Shown: positions 24,812 through 34,052 of the stretch, piece after piece
Numbering within the stretch: the first letter of the stretch is position 1
Layout: each line of letters opens with the position of its first letter
Virus record (IMG/VR): IMGVR_UViG_3300037780_000213
Location: 1-42,672 of that record
Origin: a virus
Lineage: Duplodnaviria > Caudoviricetes
DNA: 42,672 nt
Strand: one strand, 5' to 3'
Translations under genes and position numbers: made by a program
The notes under the pieces: model-generated
The model's database searches: none
The model's input: only the letters and a program-made list of their open reading frames with translations
Told to the model about the DNA's origin: nothing

Positions 24812-26361
24812 CACCGGTAGTCCTCCGGGCCATTGGCCGGCGGCGGTTCCGCATCGTCTTCCGGCACATCGACCAGGCGGACGTTCATGTAGACGCGAAT
24901 GCGCCCGTCCGATTTCTCGATTCCCCGCTCCGGCAGCGCCCGCCCGAAGGCAGTCTCGGACCATGGTTTGATGGCATTGGACCGGCACCAGGCGGCAAAG
25001 GCGTTGTACATGGTCCGGGCCTGGATGTTCGTACCCGGCGCGGCCTCGATGCATTCCGCGATGAACCGCCCAAGCGGGTCGCTATCCGACTTGTATTCGT
25101 CGGTTGCCGCGCGGATGCGGTCGGGGATTACAAGCCCCTGTTCCAGCCAGATCCGCACCCCGTCCAGCATCCAGTTCAGGACGCCCGACCGTTCCCGCCA
25201 AAGCTTGGCCGGCAGGTCCTTGTCCTGTTCGTCATCCGGGATGTTCTCTTCCCACGGCACCAGCAGAAAGCGCCGCCAAATGCCCCGGTCCTGGCCGCGA
25301 ATGGACGGCTTATGGTTTCCCGACAGGGTGATCTTGAATTGCGGCACGAAGTCGAAAAAGCCTTGGTTCAGGTGCCGGACCGTAATCTCTTCGCCGCCGG
25401 TAATCGCCTTGATGGTGGCCTCGGCAAAGCGCGCGCCCGACTCCGGTTCCGACGCCCTGACCAGCCGCGCGCCCGGCAGGCGGGCCAGGTCGGGTGTGGC
25501 CTCGGACCCGCGCTTGCGATCGTCGCGCAGCAGAGACGCGAACGGCAGGCTGGCCGCATACGGCCCCATGATCTTGGCCACCAGGTCAATGAATACCGAC
25601 TTGCCGTTGCCGCCTTCGCCATAGTTGAAAATCAGTTTCTGTTCCCCGGTAAGGCCGGTCAGGCAGTAGCCGGACCACACCTGGAGGAAGCGCCGCAGAT
25701 CCGCATCCGGCTGCACCCTCGCCATGAAGGCGTCGAACTGCGGACAGGTGGCCGCCGGGTCGAAGGTCACATTGATGATTTTGCCCAGACGATCTCCCCG
25801 CGAATGGGGCCGCAAATCTTCGCAGGCATCGGCCAAGCGCAGCGTGCCGTTCGCCAGATTCAGCAGCAGCGGGTCCGCATCCAGCATATCCGGCGGCACG
25901 GACAGATAGGGCGCGGCCTCTTCCACCATCGCCCGCAACCGGGTGCTGTTTCCCGACGCGACCGACCATTTCAGCAGTTCGGCCTGCTTGTCCTTCCAAT
26001 CGGCGGCGGACACATGGTCGGGCGGGGCCGCGCCTTGCATCGCGTCCACTTCCTCCGCGACGCTGCGCGCGGTGGCGTGCGCCTTCTGTTTGACCGCTTC
26101 GTCCGCCCCGGTCCGCGCCCAATGCGTGCCGCTCCAGACATGCCAGCCGACGTCTCGGACATAGAGCAGGTCCTGCCCATGGCGGGCCAGGAAGCGTTCC
26201 GCGTTGCCCACATCGTTCCGTTCCTTGTCCGCCAGGTGCAGGTTGATATCCTCACCCCCGCCGCCTGGGAAACTCAGGATCTGTGACGCGGCAAAGGCGT
26301 CGCGGATGGCCTGTTCCCCGCGCGACGCGCCGCCCTGGTCCGTATCGAAATCGCTACTCAA
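24811..26361 (-). CDS. P4-family / D5-like primase-associated SF3 helicase
   Basis: NDVGNAERF, Walker A GEGGNGKS, KAITGGE and GIWRR; TTGA-coupled start at 26361. Confidence 0.9.
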   Translation of the reverse strand: MSSDFDTDQGGASRGEQAIRDAFAASQILSFPGGGGEDINLHLADKERNDVGNAERFLARHGQDLLYVRDVGWHVWSGTHWARTGADEAVKQKAHATARSVAEEVDAMQGAAPPDHVSAADWKDKQAELLKWSVASGNSTRLRAMVEEAAPYLSVPPDMLDADPLLLNLANGTLRLADACEDLRPHSRGDRLGKIINVTFDPAATCPQFDAFMARVQPDADLRRFLQVWSGYCLTGLTGEQKLIFNYGEGGNGKSVFIDLVAKIMGPYAASLPFASLLRDDRKRGSEATPDLARLPGARLVRASEPESGARFAEATIKAITGGEEITVRHLNQGFFDFVPQFKITLSGNHKPSIRGQDRGIWRRFLLVPWEENIPDDEQDKDLPAKLWRERSGVLNWMLDGVRIWLEQGLVIPDRIRAATDEYKSDSDPLGRFIAECIEAAPGTNIQARTMYNAFAAWCRSNAIKPWSETAFGRALPERGIEKSDGRIRVYMNVRLVDVPEDDAEPPPANGPEDYR

Positions 26362-26717
26362 AACAAGCGCCCCTGTTCCGGTTGTTTCCTGGGTGCCGCC
26401 GCCGGAAGGGCAGGACGCGCCGCGCCGCTTTTCCGTTCGGCCAGCATTCGGCGGCCCTCTTCCAGATGCGCGCCGCAGAACCACGTGCCCGTTTCCGGCG
26501 GGCGGAAACCGACCCCGAACGCGCCCCAGGCAGCGCAGCCGGGGAACTGACAGAAATGCAGAAACCGGCCCCCGGCATCGAAATGCGGCCTGTTTTCGGA
26601 AGCGTTCGAACGCTTCGCGTTTAATGCTCGCTGGATTACATCGCCCCCATGGCCCGCACCCCGTGGTGCGGAAACGGCCCCATCGCCCCGCAGGGCGTTC
26701 TCCCCGGTCGCGTTCAA
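26358..26717 (-). CDS. Hypothetical protein with Cys/His cluster
   Basis: HFC...GCAAWGAFG...WFCGAH; coupled to both neighbours through TTGA overlaps. Confidence 0.55.
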   Translation of the reverse strand: MNATGENALRGDGAVSAPRGAGHGGDVIQRALNAKRSNASENRPHFDAGGRFLHFCQFPGCAAWGAFGVGFRPPETGTWFCGAHLEEGRRMLAERKSGAARPALPAAAPRKQPEQGRLF

Positions 26718-27499
26718 AATAGAACCTCTTGGATTTGTGGCGGTGCAGAGACCCACAGGTCGGGACGGGTCATGCGGTCCCGCGCGACCTCGAAATAGTC
26801 CGGGGATATCTCAACACCCAAGAAACGCCTGCCCGCTCCGCGCGCCGCCAACCCCGTGGAACCGCTGCCCATGAACGGGTCGCAAATAAGGTCACCTGGA
26901 TTGGAGAACAGCGCCGTAAGCTCGGCCATAAGCCCCAGCGGCTTCTCGGTAGGGTGCCTACCGTCCCGATGCGGCGACCGACAATGATGGACAAACACAT
27001 TACGTCGTCCGCCACCGTTCCACCGGCTATGCCCCTTACCGCACCATGCCGCCACGAACATTTCCGCGCCCATAGCGGGGCATTGGCCGTTAAACTGCGG
27101 CGCGGAGTCCGGCTTCACCCAAACGCAGGCACGTTTGTATTTCGCCCCCGCCTCTTCCAGCGCGTCTCGCCACGGCGCGACACCTTCTGGTGTACAGAAA
27201 ACCAACGCCCAACCGCTGCAGATCCGCACGATTTCCCGAGCAACGGATTCCCTCACCCCCTCGATAGATTCAAAATCGAGTGGTTTAGGCGAGACGTGCC
27301 CATCATTGCGAATTCTCCGCCCCCGCGCGCCTTTCTTGGCATTGTGCATATGGGCTTCATATGGCGGGTCGGTGAACACGTGGTCGACGCTGCCATCTTC
27401 CATCGCGGCCAGGACCTCCAGGCAGTCCCCGAGTATCAACGATACGCCCGCAGGGTCGCATTCATAAGTCGGGACGAACTTGTCCAGCGCCTTGTTCAT
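26714..27499 (-). CDS. N6-adenine/N4-cytosine DNA methyltransferase
   Basis: GDCLE, TDPPY, HPTEKP and DPFMGSGST. Confidence 0.92.
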   Translation of the reverse strand: MNKALDKFVPTYECDPAGVSLILGDCLEVLAAMEDGSVDHVFTDPPYEAHMHNAKKGARGRRIRNDGHVSPKPLDFESIEGVRESVAREIVRICSGWALVFCTPEGVAPWRDALEEAGAKYKRACVWVKPDSAPQFNGQCPAMGAEMFVAAWCGKGHSRWNGGGRRNVFVHHCRSPHRDGRHPTEKPLGLMAELTALFSNPGDLICDPFMGSGSTGLAARGAGRRFLGVEISPDYFEVARDRMTRPDLWVSAPPQIQEVLF

Positions 27500-28971
27500 G
27501 CCGCGCGCCTTTCCCGGAACAGCGCGCGCACCAGGGCCGTACTTGTTCCGACAGGGACGGCATTGCCGATCTGCTTTGTAATCTCGGTCTGGTTGCCCAC
27601 GAATTCGTACTCGGCCTCGGCATCCGAAAAGCCGGTCGCCCGCGCCAATTCATGGTTCTTGATCATGCGAAACCGGATATCCAGCAGGTGCGGCTTGCCG
27701 TTCACTATGACCATGCGGTCGCAATCCACCGTTCCCGCCGCCGCGACGATCGGCTCAATCAGGCTGAACCGCGCCTTGGCGGTCACCGTGTCCATGGGTT
27801 CGGACACCGACTTGCCGGTCTGGCCCGAACCGCTGCCGTAGTATGGGGCCAGGAATGGTTCCGCTAAGGCCAGGTTTCGCTTTGTGACAACGGTGGGGAT
27901 TGGGTCCTGGACCGTTCTTGTGTAGCTGCCGCGCCCGCCGGTCTGGTCGGTCTGCACCAAAATCGGCTCTATCAGCGAAATGGCCCCCGCCGTCGAAATC
28001 GTCGGCAACGGGTCGCCAACCTGCCGGGCCGCCGCACAGGATTGTTGCCCCAGGACGAAGGGCCGCAACTCCGGTTGCGCGAGACCAATATGGGTGCCCT
28101 TTGCGGTGATGGACGGCAGCGGCACATCAATGCCCAAGGCATCGCAATGGTTTCGCAGGATGACCAGGAAGGGCGTGGCGAAATCGCCGCCATGCCTGGC
28201 AAGTCCCGCCGCAATCCGCCGCAACGTATTCGCGGCCAAGGGGCGTTTGCGCTCAAATATGCTTTGCCCCTGGATACTCCAGTCCAGAATTTCCCGCGCC
28301 GGACGCCACGGGGCCAGGCCCAGCATTTCCGCCCGGTCTGCCGGCGCATGGGAAGGGGCCGGCCAGCAGGCGGCGGCCAGCACCCCATCCGATCGACCTA
28401 TAAGAAAGAACCGCCGCCGCGTGGTGGCGTCGCCATAATCCGCCGCGTTGACGATACGCCAGTCGATATCAAAGCCGATGGCCTGCAGTGCGGCCACCCA
28501 TGCGCGGAAATACTCCCCACGCCGCGCCTTGATCGGACGGCCTGTGCGCGGATCGACCGGCCCCCAATTTGCAAACTCCGGGACGTTCTCCACCAGCAGC
28601 CGGTCGACCCGTAGCGTGGTACACCACCGCACCACGTGCCACGGGTCCATGCGTTGCTGGTCGGACGTCGGCCTGCCGCCCCGCGCGTTACTGTGATAGG
28701 TGCAGGTGGGGGAAGCCATAAGCAAATCGAGGCGGCCTTCCGGGACCAGGTCTTCCGGCTTGGCCGCCTCCAGGTCCATGCAATAGTGCCGCGCATCCGG
28801 GTGGTTCAACTGGTGGGTTTCGATGGCGACCGGCCAGTGATTGACACAAGTCAGGACCATGCGCCGGCCCATCTGCCGCAGCGCCCGCTCGGCCCCCGTG
28901 GAACTGCCGCCGGCACCACAGAACAGGTCCGCGACCAGCACCGATTCCAGATCCGCGCGAATATGGGTCAT
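27496..28971 (-). CDS. C5-cytosine DNA methyltransferase
   Basis: DLFCGAGG (motif I), SPTC (IV), ENV (VI), TRRRFF (VIII) and QIGNAV (X). Confidence 0.92.
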   Translation of the reverse strand: MTHIRADLESVLVADLFCGAGGSSTGAERALRQMGRRMVLTCVNHWPVAIETHQLNHPDARHYCMDLEAAKPEDLVPEGRLDLLMASPTCTYHSNARGGRPTSDQQRMDPWHVVRWCTTLRVDRLLVENVPEFANWGPVDPRTGRPIKARRGEYFRAWVAALQAIGFDIDWRIVNAADYGDATTRRRFFLIGRSDGVLAAACWPAPSHAPADRAEMLGLAPWRPAREILDWSIQGQSIFERKRPLAANTLRRIAAGLARHGGDFATPFLVILRNHCDALGIDVPLPSITAKGTHIGLAQPELRPFVLGQQSCAAARQVGDPLPTISTAGAISLIEPILVQTDQTGGRGSYTRTVQDPIPTVVTKRNLALAEPFLAPYYGSGSGQTGKSVSEPMDTVTAKARFSLIEPIVAAAGTVDCDRMVIVNGKPHLLDIRFRMIKNHELARATGFSDAEAEYEFVGNQTEITKQIGNAVPVGTSTALVRALFRERRAA

Positions 28972-29981
28972 CAGGCGACCGCCCCCAGCAAATCGTTAAA
29001 ATCCATACCGTCCGGCGGGCGCGCGACGCTGACGCGGCAGCAGCGGCTGGCATGACCCGCCGTCGCGCTGCCGATCCGGTGGTCGGTGGTGGCCTTGTCC
29101 TTGGTATCGTTATCGGCGCAGATCGTGACGGTGCGGCAGACCGGCGGCAGGGCCGCACCGAGATTGCCTTCGGACAGCGCCGCCCATACCGGCAGGCCGG
29201 TGGCAAGCATGACGGACAGGGATGTTTCGATGCCTTCCGCGACACCCATGGCCGCCGCCGCCGGGCATAGGCGCAGATGGCCGCCGAACACACGCCCCAG
29301 CATTTTCTTGGCCTTCGGCACCGGGGCCTTGCCGGTACCATCGGACCGCAGCCAGGTCTGGTGAACGCCCGCGAAACTTCGGTCGGGCCGCTGGACATAG
29401 GCGACCATGGCTGGCCACCTGCCCAGCAGCTGGGGGCTATCCCCCTTGCGTTTGGGCGGCAGCCAATAGGCAAGGTTCGGATGATACCGCAGGGTCGGCA
29501 CCGGCCAGCCCGGCAGGCGTTCGACGCGGATGTTCCGCGACCACAGATAGGTTTCGACCAGGCTATGCGCGACCGGCAGGCTTTCGGACCATATTTCCCG
29601 CGCCCGCGCCAATTTCTTCGCATCGGATTGCGCGCGGTCCTTCGCCGTTTCGCGCTGCACCGGCTTGGCTTCCGGGCGCTTCCGCCCTTCCCGATCGGCC
29701 TGCAGCCCCGCCTGGACGGCCAATTCCTCGACGGCCTCCGGGAAAGTCATGCCGTGATAGTCGGTAAGCCAGCCGAAGGCATCGCCATGCCATCCGCAAC
29801 CGAAGCAATGCGCGAAGCCCTTGTTTTCATCGACGTGGAAAGAGGCGGTTTTTTCCCCGTGAAATGGGCAGCAGCCCCACCAGTCGCCGCGCCCCTTCTG
29901 TTTCAGCACCACGTCCCTGGCGATCAGGTCGACCAGCCGTGTCCGCGATCGCACATTGTCCAGGAACTGTTTATCGCCCAC
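28971..29981 (-). CDS. Primase: CHC2 zinc finger plus Toprim domain
   Basis: CPFHGEKTASF...HCFGCG, AEGIET and ADND; GGAGG RBS before GTG 29981. Confidence 0.88.
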   Translation of the reverse strand: MGDKQFLDNVRSRTRLVDLIARDVVLKQKGRGDWWGCCPFHGEKTASFHVDENKGFAHCFGCGWHGDAFGWLTDYHGMTFPEAVEELAVQAGLQADREGRKRPEAKPVQRETAKDRAQSDAKKLARAREIWSESLPVAHSLVETYLWSRNIRVERLPGWPVPTLRYHPNLAYWLPPKRKGDSPQLLGRWPAMVAYVQRPDRSFAGVHQTWLRSDGTGKAPVPKAKKMLGRVFGGHLRLCPAAAAMGVAEGIETSLSVMLATGLPVWAALSEGNLGAALPPVCRTVTICADNDTKDKATTDHRIGSATAGHASRCCRVSVARPPDGMDFNDLLGAVA

Positions 29982-30405
29982 CGCCCGCACCCTCCGAAAA
30001 GGAACCGGGCGCGGCGGGATTGCTGCCACGCCCGGTCAGGTGGGAGGAAACGTCGAACAGGGCGCGGACCCCGGCCCCTTCCGCCGCCTCGATTTCGGAC
30101 GCCACCTGGACGACGAAACCGATAGGCGACGCCGGCGGGGCGGACGGGATGCCCCCTTCCCGCCCCAGATGGGGCAGCACTTCGGCCAGCGCATAACCGG
30201 CCTGCAGCAGCAGCGACACCAGCACGCTGGCATCGTCCATGATCGCATCCATGGCGCTGCCGGCTTTCGGTCCCTTAACGAAGACTTCGCGCACGGTGCC
30301 GGCGGGATCGAACCCGACCGAAAATACCCATTCCTTGCCGTTCCATTCGACGGCCTGGCTTTGCTGCAGCCGCCGGTTCGGCAGCGGGGTGCGGGGCGCG
30401 GTCAT
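29971..30405 (-). CDS. Small TSCPD-like protein (resembles the NrdJ ribonucleotide reductase C-terminus)
   Basis: R.PLPNRR...VG...G..REVF...SLLLQAG pattern. Confidence 0.6.
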   Translation of the reverse strand: MTAPRTPLPNRRLQQSQAVEWNGKEWVFSVGFDPAGTVREVFVKGPKAGSAMDAIMDDASVLVSLLLQAGYALAEVLPHLGREGGIPSAPPASPIGFVVQVASEIEAAEGAGVRALFDVSSHLTGRGSNPAAPGSFSEGAGGGR

Positions 30406-30749
30406 ATGGCACCCCCGGCAACCCTATACCCTTCACCGACTGCCCATTCCGCCCATTCATCGGCCAGGATACGGGCGCGACCCCATTGCCTGGCACGGCA
30501 CAAGGCCAGCATTTCGCGAAAGGACGCGCCCGGCTCATATCGAACCACGACAGCGCCATCGCGAAGGAAGGTCCGCAACTCCCACAGTTGCCCCTGAATC
30601 AGGTCAATACTCAGAACATCCGACAGGCGATCGACCAAGACATTCGGGGCACCCCCGCCGACGGCATCCAGCGCCGCGGACAGGTCGGCAATCGCGTCGC
30701 ACAACCCGTCGGTCTCGACGCGCACTTCCATACGCAGGGGCGCAATCAT
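30402..30749 (-). CDS. Hypothetical protein
   Basis: ATGA-coupled to both neighbours in the early operon. Confidence 0.55.
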   Translation of the reverse strand: MIAPLRMEVRVETDGLCDAIADLSAALDAVGGGAPNVLVDRLSDVLSIDLIQGQLWELRTFLRDGAVVVRYEPGASFREMLALCRARQWGRARILADEWAEWAVGEGYRVAGGAI

Positions 30750-31228
30750 CTTTCCGCCCCCCGCTCGACTTCCTGCAGCGCGTGCTTGATACGGGCCAGG
30801 ACTTCCATGGCTTCGCTTACTTCGCGGATCAGTTCCAGGTCCCGGACCTCTTCCGCCGTGATGGTGCCGCCATTCGACAGCGCCTGCGAAAGCCGTGCGA
30901 TCGCTTCACCCGCCTCTTTGCCCAAGGCCCCCAGATGCTCAATCCAGACCGGGTCGCCATGCTGCGGCGGTTGCGGGATCAACAGATAGCCGGACAGATC
31001 CGCCAGAACGCGGGTCACTTCCGGCTTGCCGGATTCGGCCTCCAGATCCGCCACCACGTCGACGGGGGCGTTCATGCTTTCATCGGGCGCGCCGTAGCGG
31101 GAAAGCCGCGCCTTGTCGCTGCGGGTGATATCCGCCGCCTGCGCCGGGCCGCCACAGGTCCGCACCAGGCGACGGAATGCGGCCTTGATGGCGTCATAGT
31201 CGCGGGCGGGAAGATGCCGGGCGCTCAT
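30746..31228 (-). CDS. Phage regulatory protein, CII-like
   Basis: LVRTCGG, LSRY, PVDVVADLE and KEAGE...GTIT..E motifs; two genes after cro. Confidence 0.65.
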   Translation of the reverse strand: MSARHLPARDYDAIKAAFRRLVRTCGGPAQAADITRSDKARLSRYGAPDESMNAPVDVVADLEAESGKPEVTRVLADLSGYLLIPQPPQHGDPVWIEHLGALGKEAGEAIARLSQALSNGGTITAEEVRDLELIREVSEAMEVLARIKHALQEVERGAER

Positions 31229-31479
31229 ACAACACCCCCGGCGATCGTTGCATGGCGGGACTGCCACGGCGCGCATACATTCTCGGCATGATTACAAGAG
31301 AACAGCGACTGAACGACCTGGCCGCCAGCCTGCACCAGCAGCTGCGGGCCGACCCGAACCACCCGCGTGCGGCCCGGATGGCAAGCGACCTTGCCCTTTT
31401 CGATGCGGTATGCCGGGACGGGCACCGGCACCAGCAGGCCGCGCAGCAGAGACCGGAAAGCGATTGATGCCCGCATCAT
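31225..31479 (-). CDS. Hypothetical protein
   Basis: ATGA-coupled between cro and the cII-like gene. Confidence 0.45.
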   Translation of the reverse strand: MMRASIAFRSLLRGLLVPVPVPAYRIEKGKVACHPGRTRVVRVGPQLLVQAGGQVVQSLFSCNHAENVCAPWQSRHATIAGGVV

Positions 31480-31697
31480 GCACCGCCCGGCGCATAGGCG
31501 CTCAGATCGTAAAAGTCATTGGGAGTGACCGCCCCCTTTGTCGCCTCCAGGATCTTCTGCGCCACGGCGGGGCTGGGGGCGCGGTCCTCTTCGATGATCC
31601 GCAGAATGGTGGAATGGGGGATGCCGTTTGCCCTGGCGAATGCCGTGGGGGACAAATCATTCTCCTGCAGCCATCGGGCAAACGCTTTGGCGGCCAT
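31476..31697 (-). CDS. cro: Cro-like HTH regulator
   Basis: 73 aa HTH (FARANGIPHSTILRI...T.GAVTPNDF), divergent from the repressor. Confidence 0.85.
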   Translation of the reverse strand: MAAKAFARWLQENDLSPTAFARANGIPHSTILRIIEEDRAPSPAVAQKILEATKGAVTPNDFYDLSAYAPGGA

Positions 31698-31739
31698 CCG
31701 TATCGACTCCGGTCAATTGTGATTACACATCGTAAGAAT

Positions 31740-31810
31740 GCGCATTTTTGCGCTTTATTCAAGCGCATTATTGCGCCTTTGCCCAACTCCAGCCGCGTGC
31801 AATATTGCGC
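31740..31810. promoter_or_regulatory. OR-like triple operator, GCGCA-W4-TGCGC
   Basis: GCGCATTTTTGCGC at 31740, GCGCATTATTGCGC at 31763 and GTGCAATATTGCGC at 31797, between cro and cI. Confidence 0.8.
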
Positions 31811-31812
31811 GC

Positions 31813-32595
31813 ATGTCGGATAACCGCATGGATACGACCCAGGAAGCCGCCCGCCAGCGCCTGCACAAGGCCCTGGAAATCACGGGCTGGCCATCGACCC
31901 GCCTTGCCCATGAGGCGGGTGTGGCACCGTCCACCCTCAACCGGTTTCTCAACCAGGACGTGGGACACACAATCAGCCTGAAAACCATGACTAAGGTGGA
32001 CGACGCGGTACGCCGCCACCTGGACAAGGAACCGCCGGGGCCGGACACGATCCGCAAACAGATCGAATATTTCCGCACCGCCCCGCAGGCCCTGGAACCG
32101 GCAACCGCCAACATGATATCGCTGCATGTGCGCGGCGCGGTCCAGGCGGGCCATTGGGCCGCCGCGATGGAATGGCCGGTGGACGACTGGCAGAAAATCA
32201 CCCTGCCCCGCCCGGACGGCCACCGGTCCTATTTCGGATTGAAGGTCAACGGCCCGTCCATGAACCTGGTCTATCCCGAAGGCACCATACTGGTATGCGT
32301 CCCGATCATGGATTATGACCATGCCCTGGACGACGGCGACCACGTGATCGTGCAGCGGTGGGAATCCGGCGAAGTGGAAGCGACGGTCAAGGAAATGCGC
32401 CATACCGGTGACGGCGCGGTCTGGCTATGGCCGCGATCCGATCACCCCGAACACCAGGCCCCGATCGAACTGCCGCCAGCCGCCCACCCCGCCAATGACG
32501 CCGGCGACATAAACCAGTCCAACACAATTCAGATTGTGGCCGTCGTGGTGGCCGATTACCGGGTTCGGACCCGGAAGCCGCGCCCGAGAACCTGA
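31813..32595 (+). CDS. cI: CI-like repressor (HTH plus S24 autoprotease)
   Basis: HTH LAHEAGVAPSTLNRFL, cleavage site VQAG, catalytic Ser in GPSM and Lys in ATVK. Confidence 0.9.
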   Translation: MSDNRMDTTQEAARQRLHKALEITGWPSTRLAHEAGVAPSTLNRFLNQDVGHTISLKTMTKVDDAVRRHLDKEPPGPDTIRKQIEYFRTAPQALEPATANMISLHVRGAVQAGHWAAAMEWPVDDWQKITLPRPDGHRSYFGLKVNGPSMNLVYPEGTILVCVPIMDYDHALDDGDHVIVQRWESGEVEATVKEMRHTGDGAVWLWPRSDHPEHQAPIELPPAAHPANDAGDINQSNTIQIVAVVVADYRVRTRKPRPRT

Positions 32596-32601
32596 CCCCG
32601 T

Positions 32602-32979
32602 CTAGTCCAGAGACAACAGAACCGAGACCCGCAGCCCCGGCTGGCCGGTTTCGGTTAATCCGTTGTCACGCTCAAACGCCCGAATGGCCGCCTGCGTCCG
32701 GTCCGTGAGGCGGCCATCCGCCGGCCCCGGATCGTATCCCCGCGCGGCCAGCGCCCGCTGCACCTTGCGCAGCTGCACCACCGCATCGGCCTGCGCCGCC
32801 GCCGCGCGGATCTCCGGCTCATAGACCGACCCGACAACCGCGCCCCGATCGGCATGCCCGCCGGGCGCGTCGCGCAGTTCCGCGCGCACCATGACAACCA
32901 GAATCACCAGGGCCGGCAGGCCGATGAAAAACAGGACCAGCCCCCCAAAGGTGCCGAACGCGGCTTTTAGCACACCCAT
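32602..32979 (-). CDS. Membrane-anchored peptidoglycan-binding-domain protein
   Basis: N-terminal TM helix and a PG_binding_1-like motif VQRALAARGYDPGPADG...T..AIRAFERDNGL..TG. Confidence 0.8.
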   Translation of the reverse strand: MGVLKAAFGTFGGLVLFFIGLPALVILVVMVRAELRDAPGGHADRGAVVGSVYEPEIRAAAAQADAVVQLRKVQRALAARGYDPGPADGRLTDRTQAAIRAFERDNGLTETGQPGLRVSVLLSLD

Positions 32980-33056
32980 TGGACGAACCTTGCCATAGAC
33001 CGAACCAATAGGACGAAGCCTAGCAAACCGCGTGTTTACGGTCATTCAAAAGTGGT

Positions 33057-33133
33057 GCGCATTTTTGCGCTTTACGAACGCGCATTTTTGCGCTTACCTT
33101 GGGTCGCCATAGACAAAGGAGGCAATTTTGCAC
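33057..33133. promoter_or_regulatory. OL-like operators and early promoter region
   Basis: GCGCATTTTTGCGC at 33057 and 33080 (23-bp spacing, as at OR) and degenerate AGGCAATTTTGCAC at 33120. Confidence 0.8.
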
Positions 33134-33325
33134 ATGACCCAGCACCGCAACCGCGACGCCGCCCGCGTGTCCAAGATGGCCGACACCATGGCCGAAGTGG
33201 CGAAGGAAAACGGCACCGTCACCCGTCAGGATTTGATCGGGCGCGGCTTCACCCCCCAGGAAATCGACCGCCACCGCGACGCCGCCGGCGCACGGGCCGC
33301 AACCCTTATGGGCGGGGAAGTTTGA
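33134..33325 (+). CDS. Hypothetical protein, first gene of the early operon
   Basis: AAGGAGG RBS before ATG 33134. Confidence 0.7.
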   Translation: MTQHRNRDAARVSKMADTMAEVAKENGTVTRQDLIGRGFTPQEIDRHRDAAGARAATLMGGEV

Positions 33326-33327
33326 CC

Positions 33328-33528
33328 ATGACGCTACGCGATATCCCCGCCGTTCATTTCCCGTTTCGTCACGAAACTTTCAGCCAGATGCACACCGCCC
33401 TGAACGACGCGGCGCGGCGGTTTCAGGACCTTGGCTATCCCGACCTTTCGGAGAAAGTCGCAGAGGCCCGCGCCAAGCTGCATGAAGCCTGGGACGCGAT
33501 CGTAGCTGCCGAACAGGCAGGACGGTAA
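33328..33528 (+). CDS. Hypothetical protein
   Basis: 66-aa helical ORF packed in the operon. Confidence 0.6.
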   Translation: MTLRDIPAVHFPFRHETFSQMHTALNDAARRFQDLGYPDLSEKVAEARAKLHEAWDAIVAAEQAGR

Positions 33529-33531
33529 CCC

Positions 33532-33660
33532 ATGGCAATCCCCGCCGCCGTCATAACCCGCTGCCGCGCAGAGGCCCGCGCCCTGCTGGCCTCTCCCACG
33601 GCCACGGCCAGCCAGCGCCGGACGGCCTGGCGCTTTCTTAAACAATGGAGTGTCGCATGA
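33532..33660 (+). CDS. Hypothetical 42-aa protein
   Basis: MAIPAAVITRCR...KQWSVA; fills the gap and is ATGA-coupled to the next gene. Confidence 0.5.
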   Translation: MAIPAAVITRCRAEARALLASPTATASQRRTAWRFLKQWSVA

Positions 33661-34052
33661 CCGATTCCGAATCCTTGGCGGCGGATGGCCGCGCCCTGCC
33701 CACGGCCTACACCTTCGGCCAGTTCATCCAGATGATGGAGGACGGGGAACTGCACGGCGAACTGTCCGATGCCCTGCAGAAGATCAACGCCGCAATGGCA
33801 AATCACGCCCTCGATTTCGGCGGCAAGCCCAAGGGCAAGATGACGCTGACAATCGATTTCACCCTGGACAAGGGCGTGTTCGAAATCCGGGGCGACTACG
33901 CGGTCAAACTGCCCACGCCGCCGCGCGGCAAGACGGTGGTCTGGGGCACCCAGGACAACCGCTTCACCCCGCAGAACCCGAAACAGATGCACTTGTTCGG
34001 CGTGCGCGAAGTCGCGACCGCCGGCGAAGCGGGCCAGGTCCGCAAGACCTGA
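33657..34052 (+). CDS. YfdP-like partner of DUF2303 protein
   Basis: KGKMTLTIDF...KLP..PRG...NPKQM pattern; precedes the DUF2303 gene. Confidence 0.65.
   Translation: MTDSESLAADGRALPTAYTFGQFIQMMEDGELHGELSDALQKINAAMANHALDFGGKPKGKMTLTIDFTLDKGVFEIRGDYAVKLPTPPRGKTVVWGTQDNRFTPQNPKQMHLFGVREVATAGEAGQVRKT

Noticed and set aside
24694-26286. 530-aa plus-strand ORF
   Set aside because: Antisense shadow of the helicase gene.
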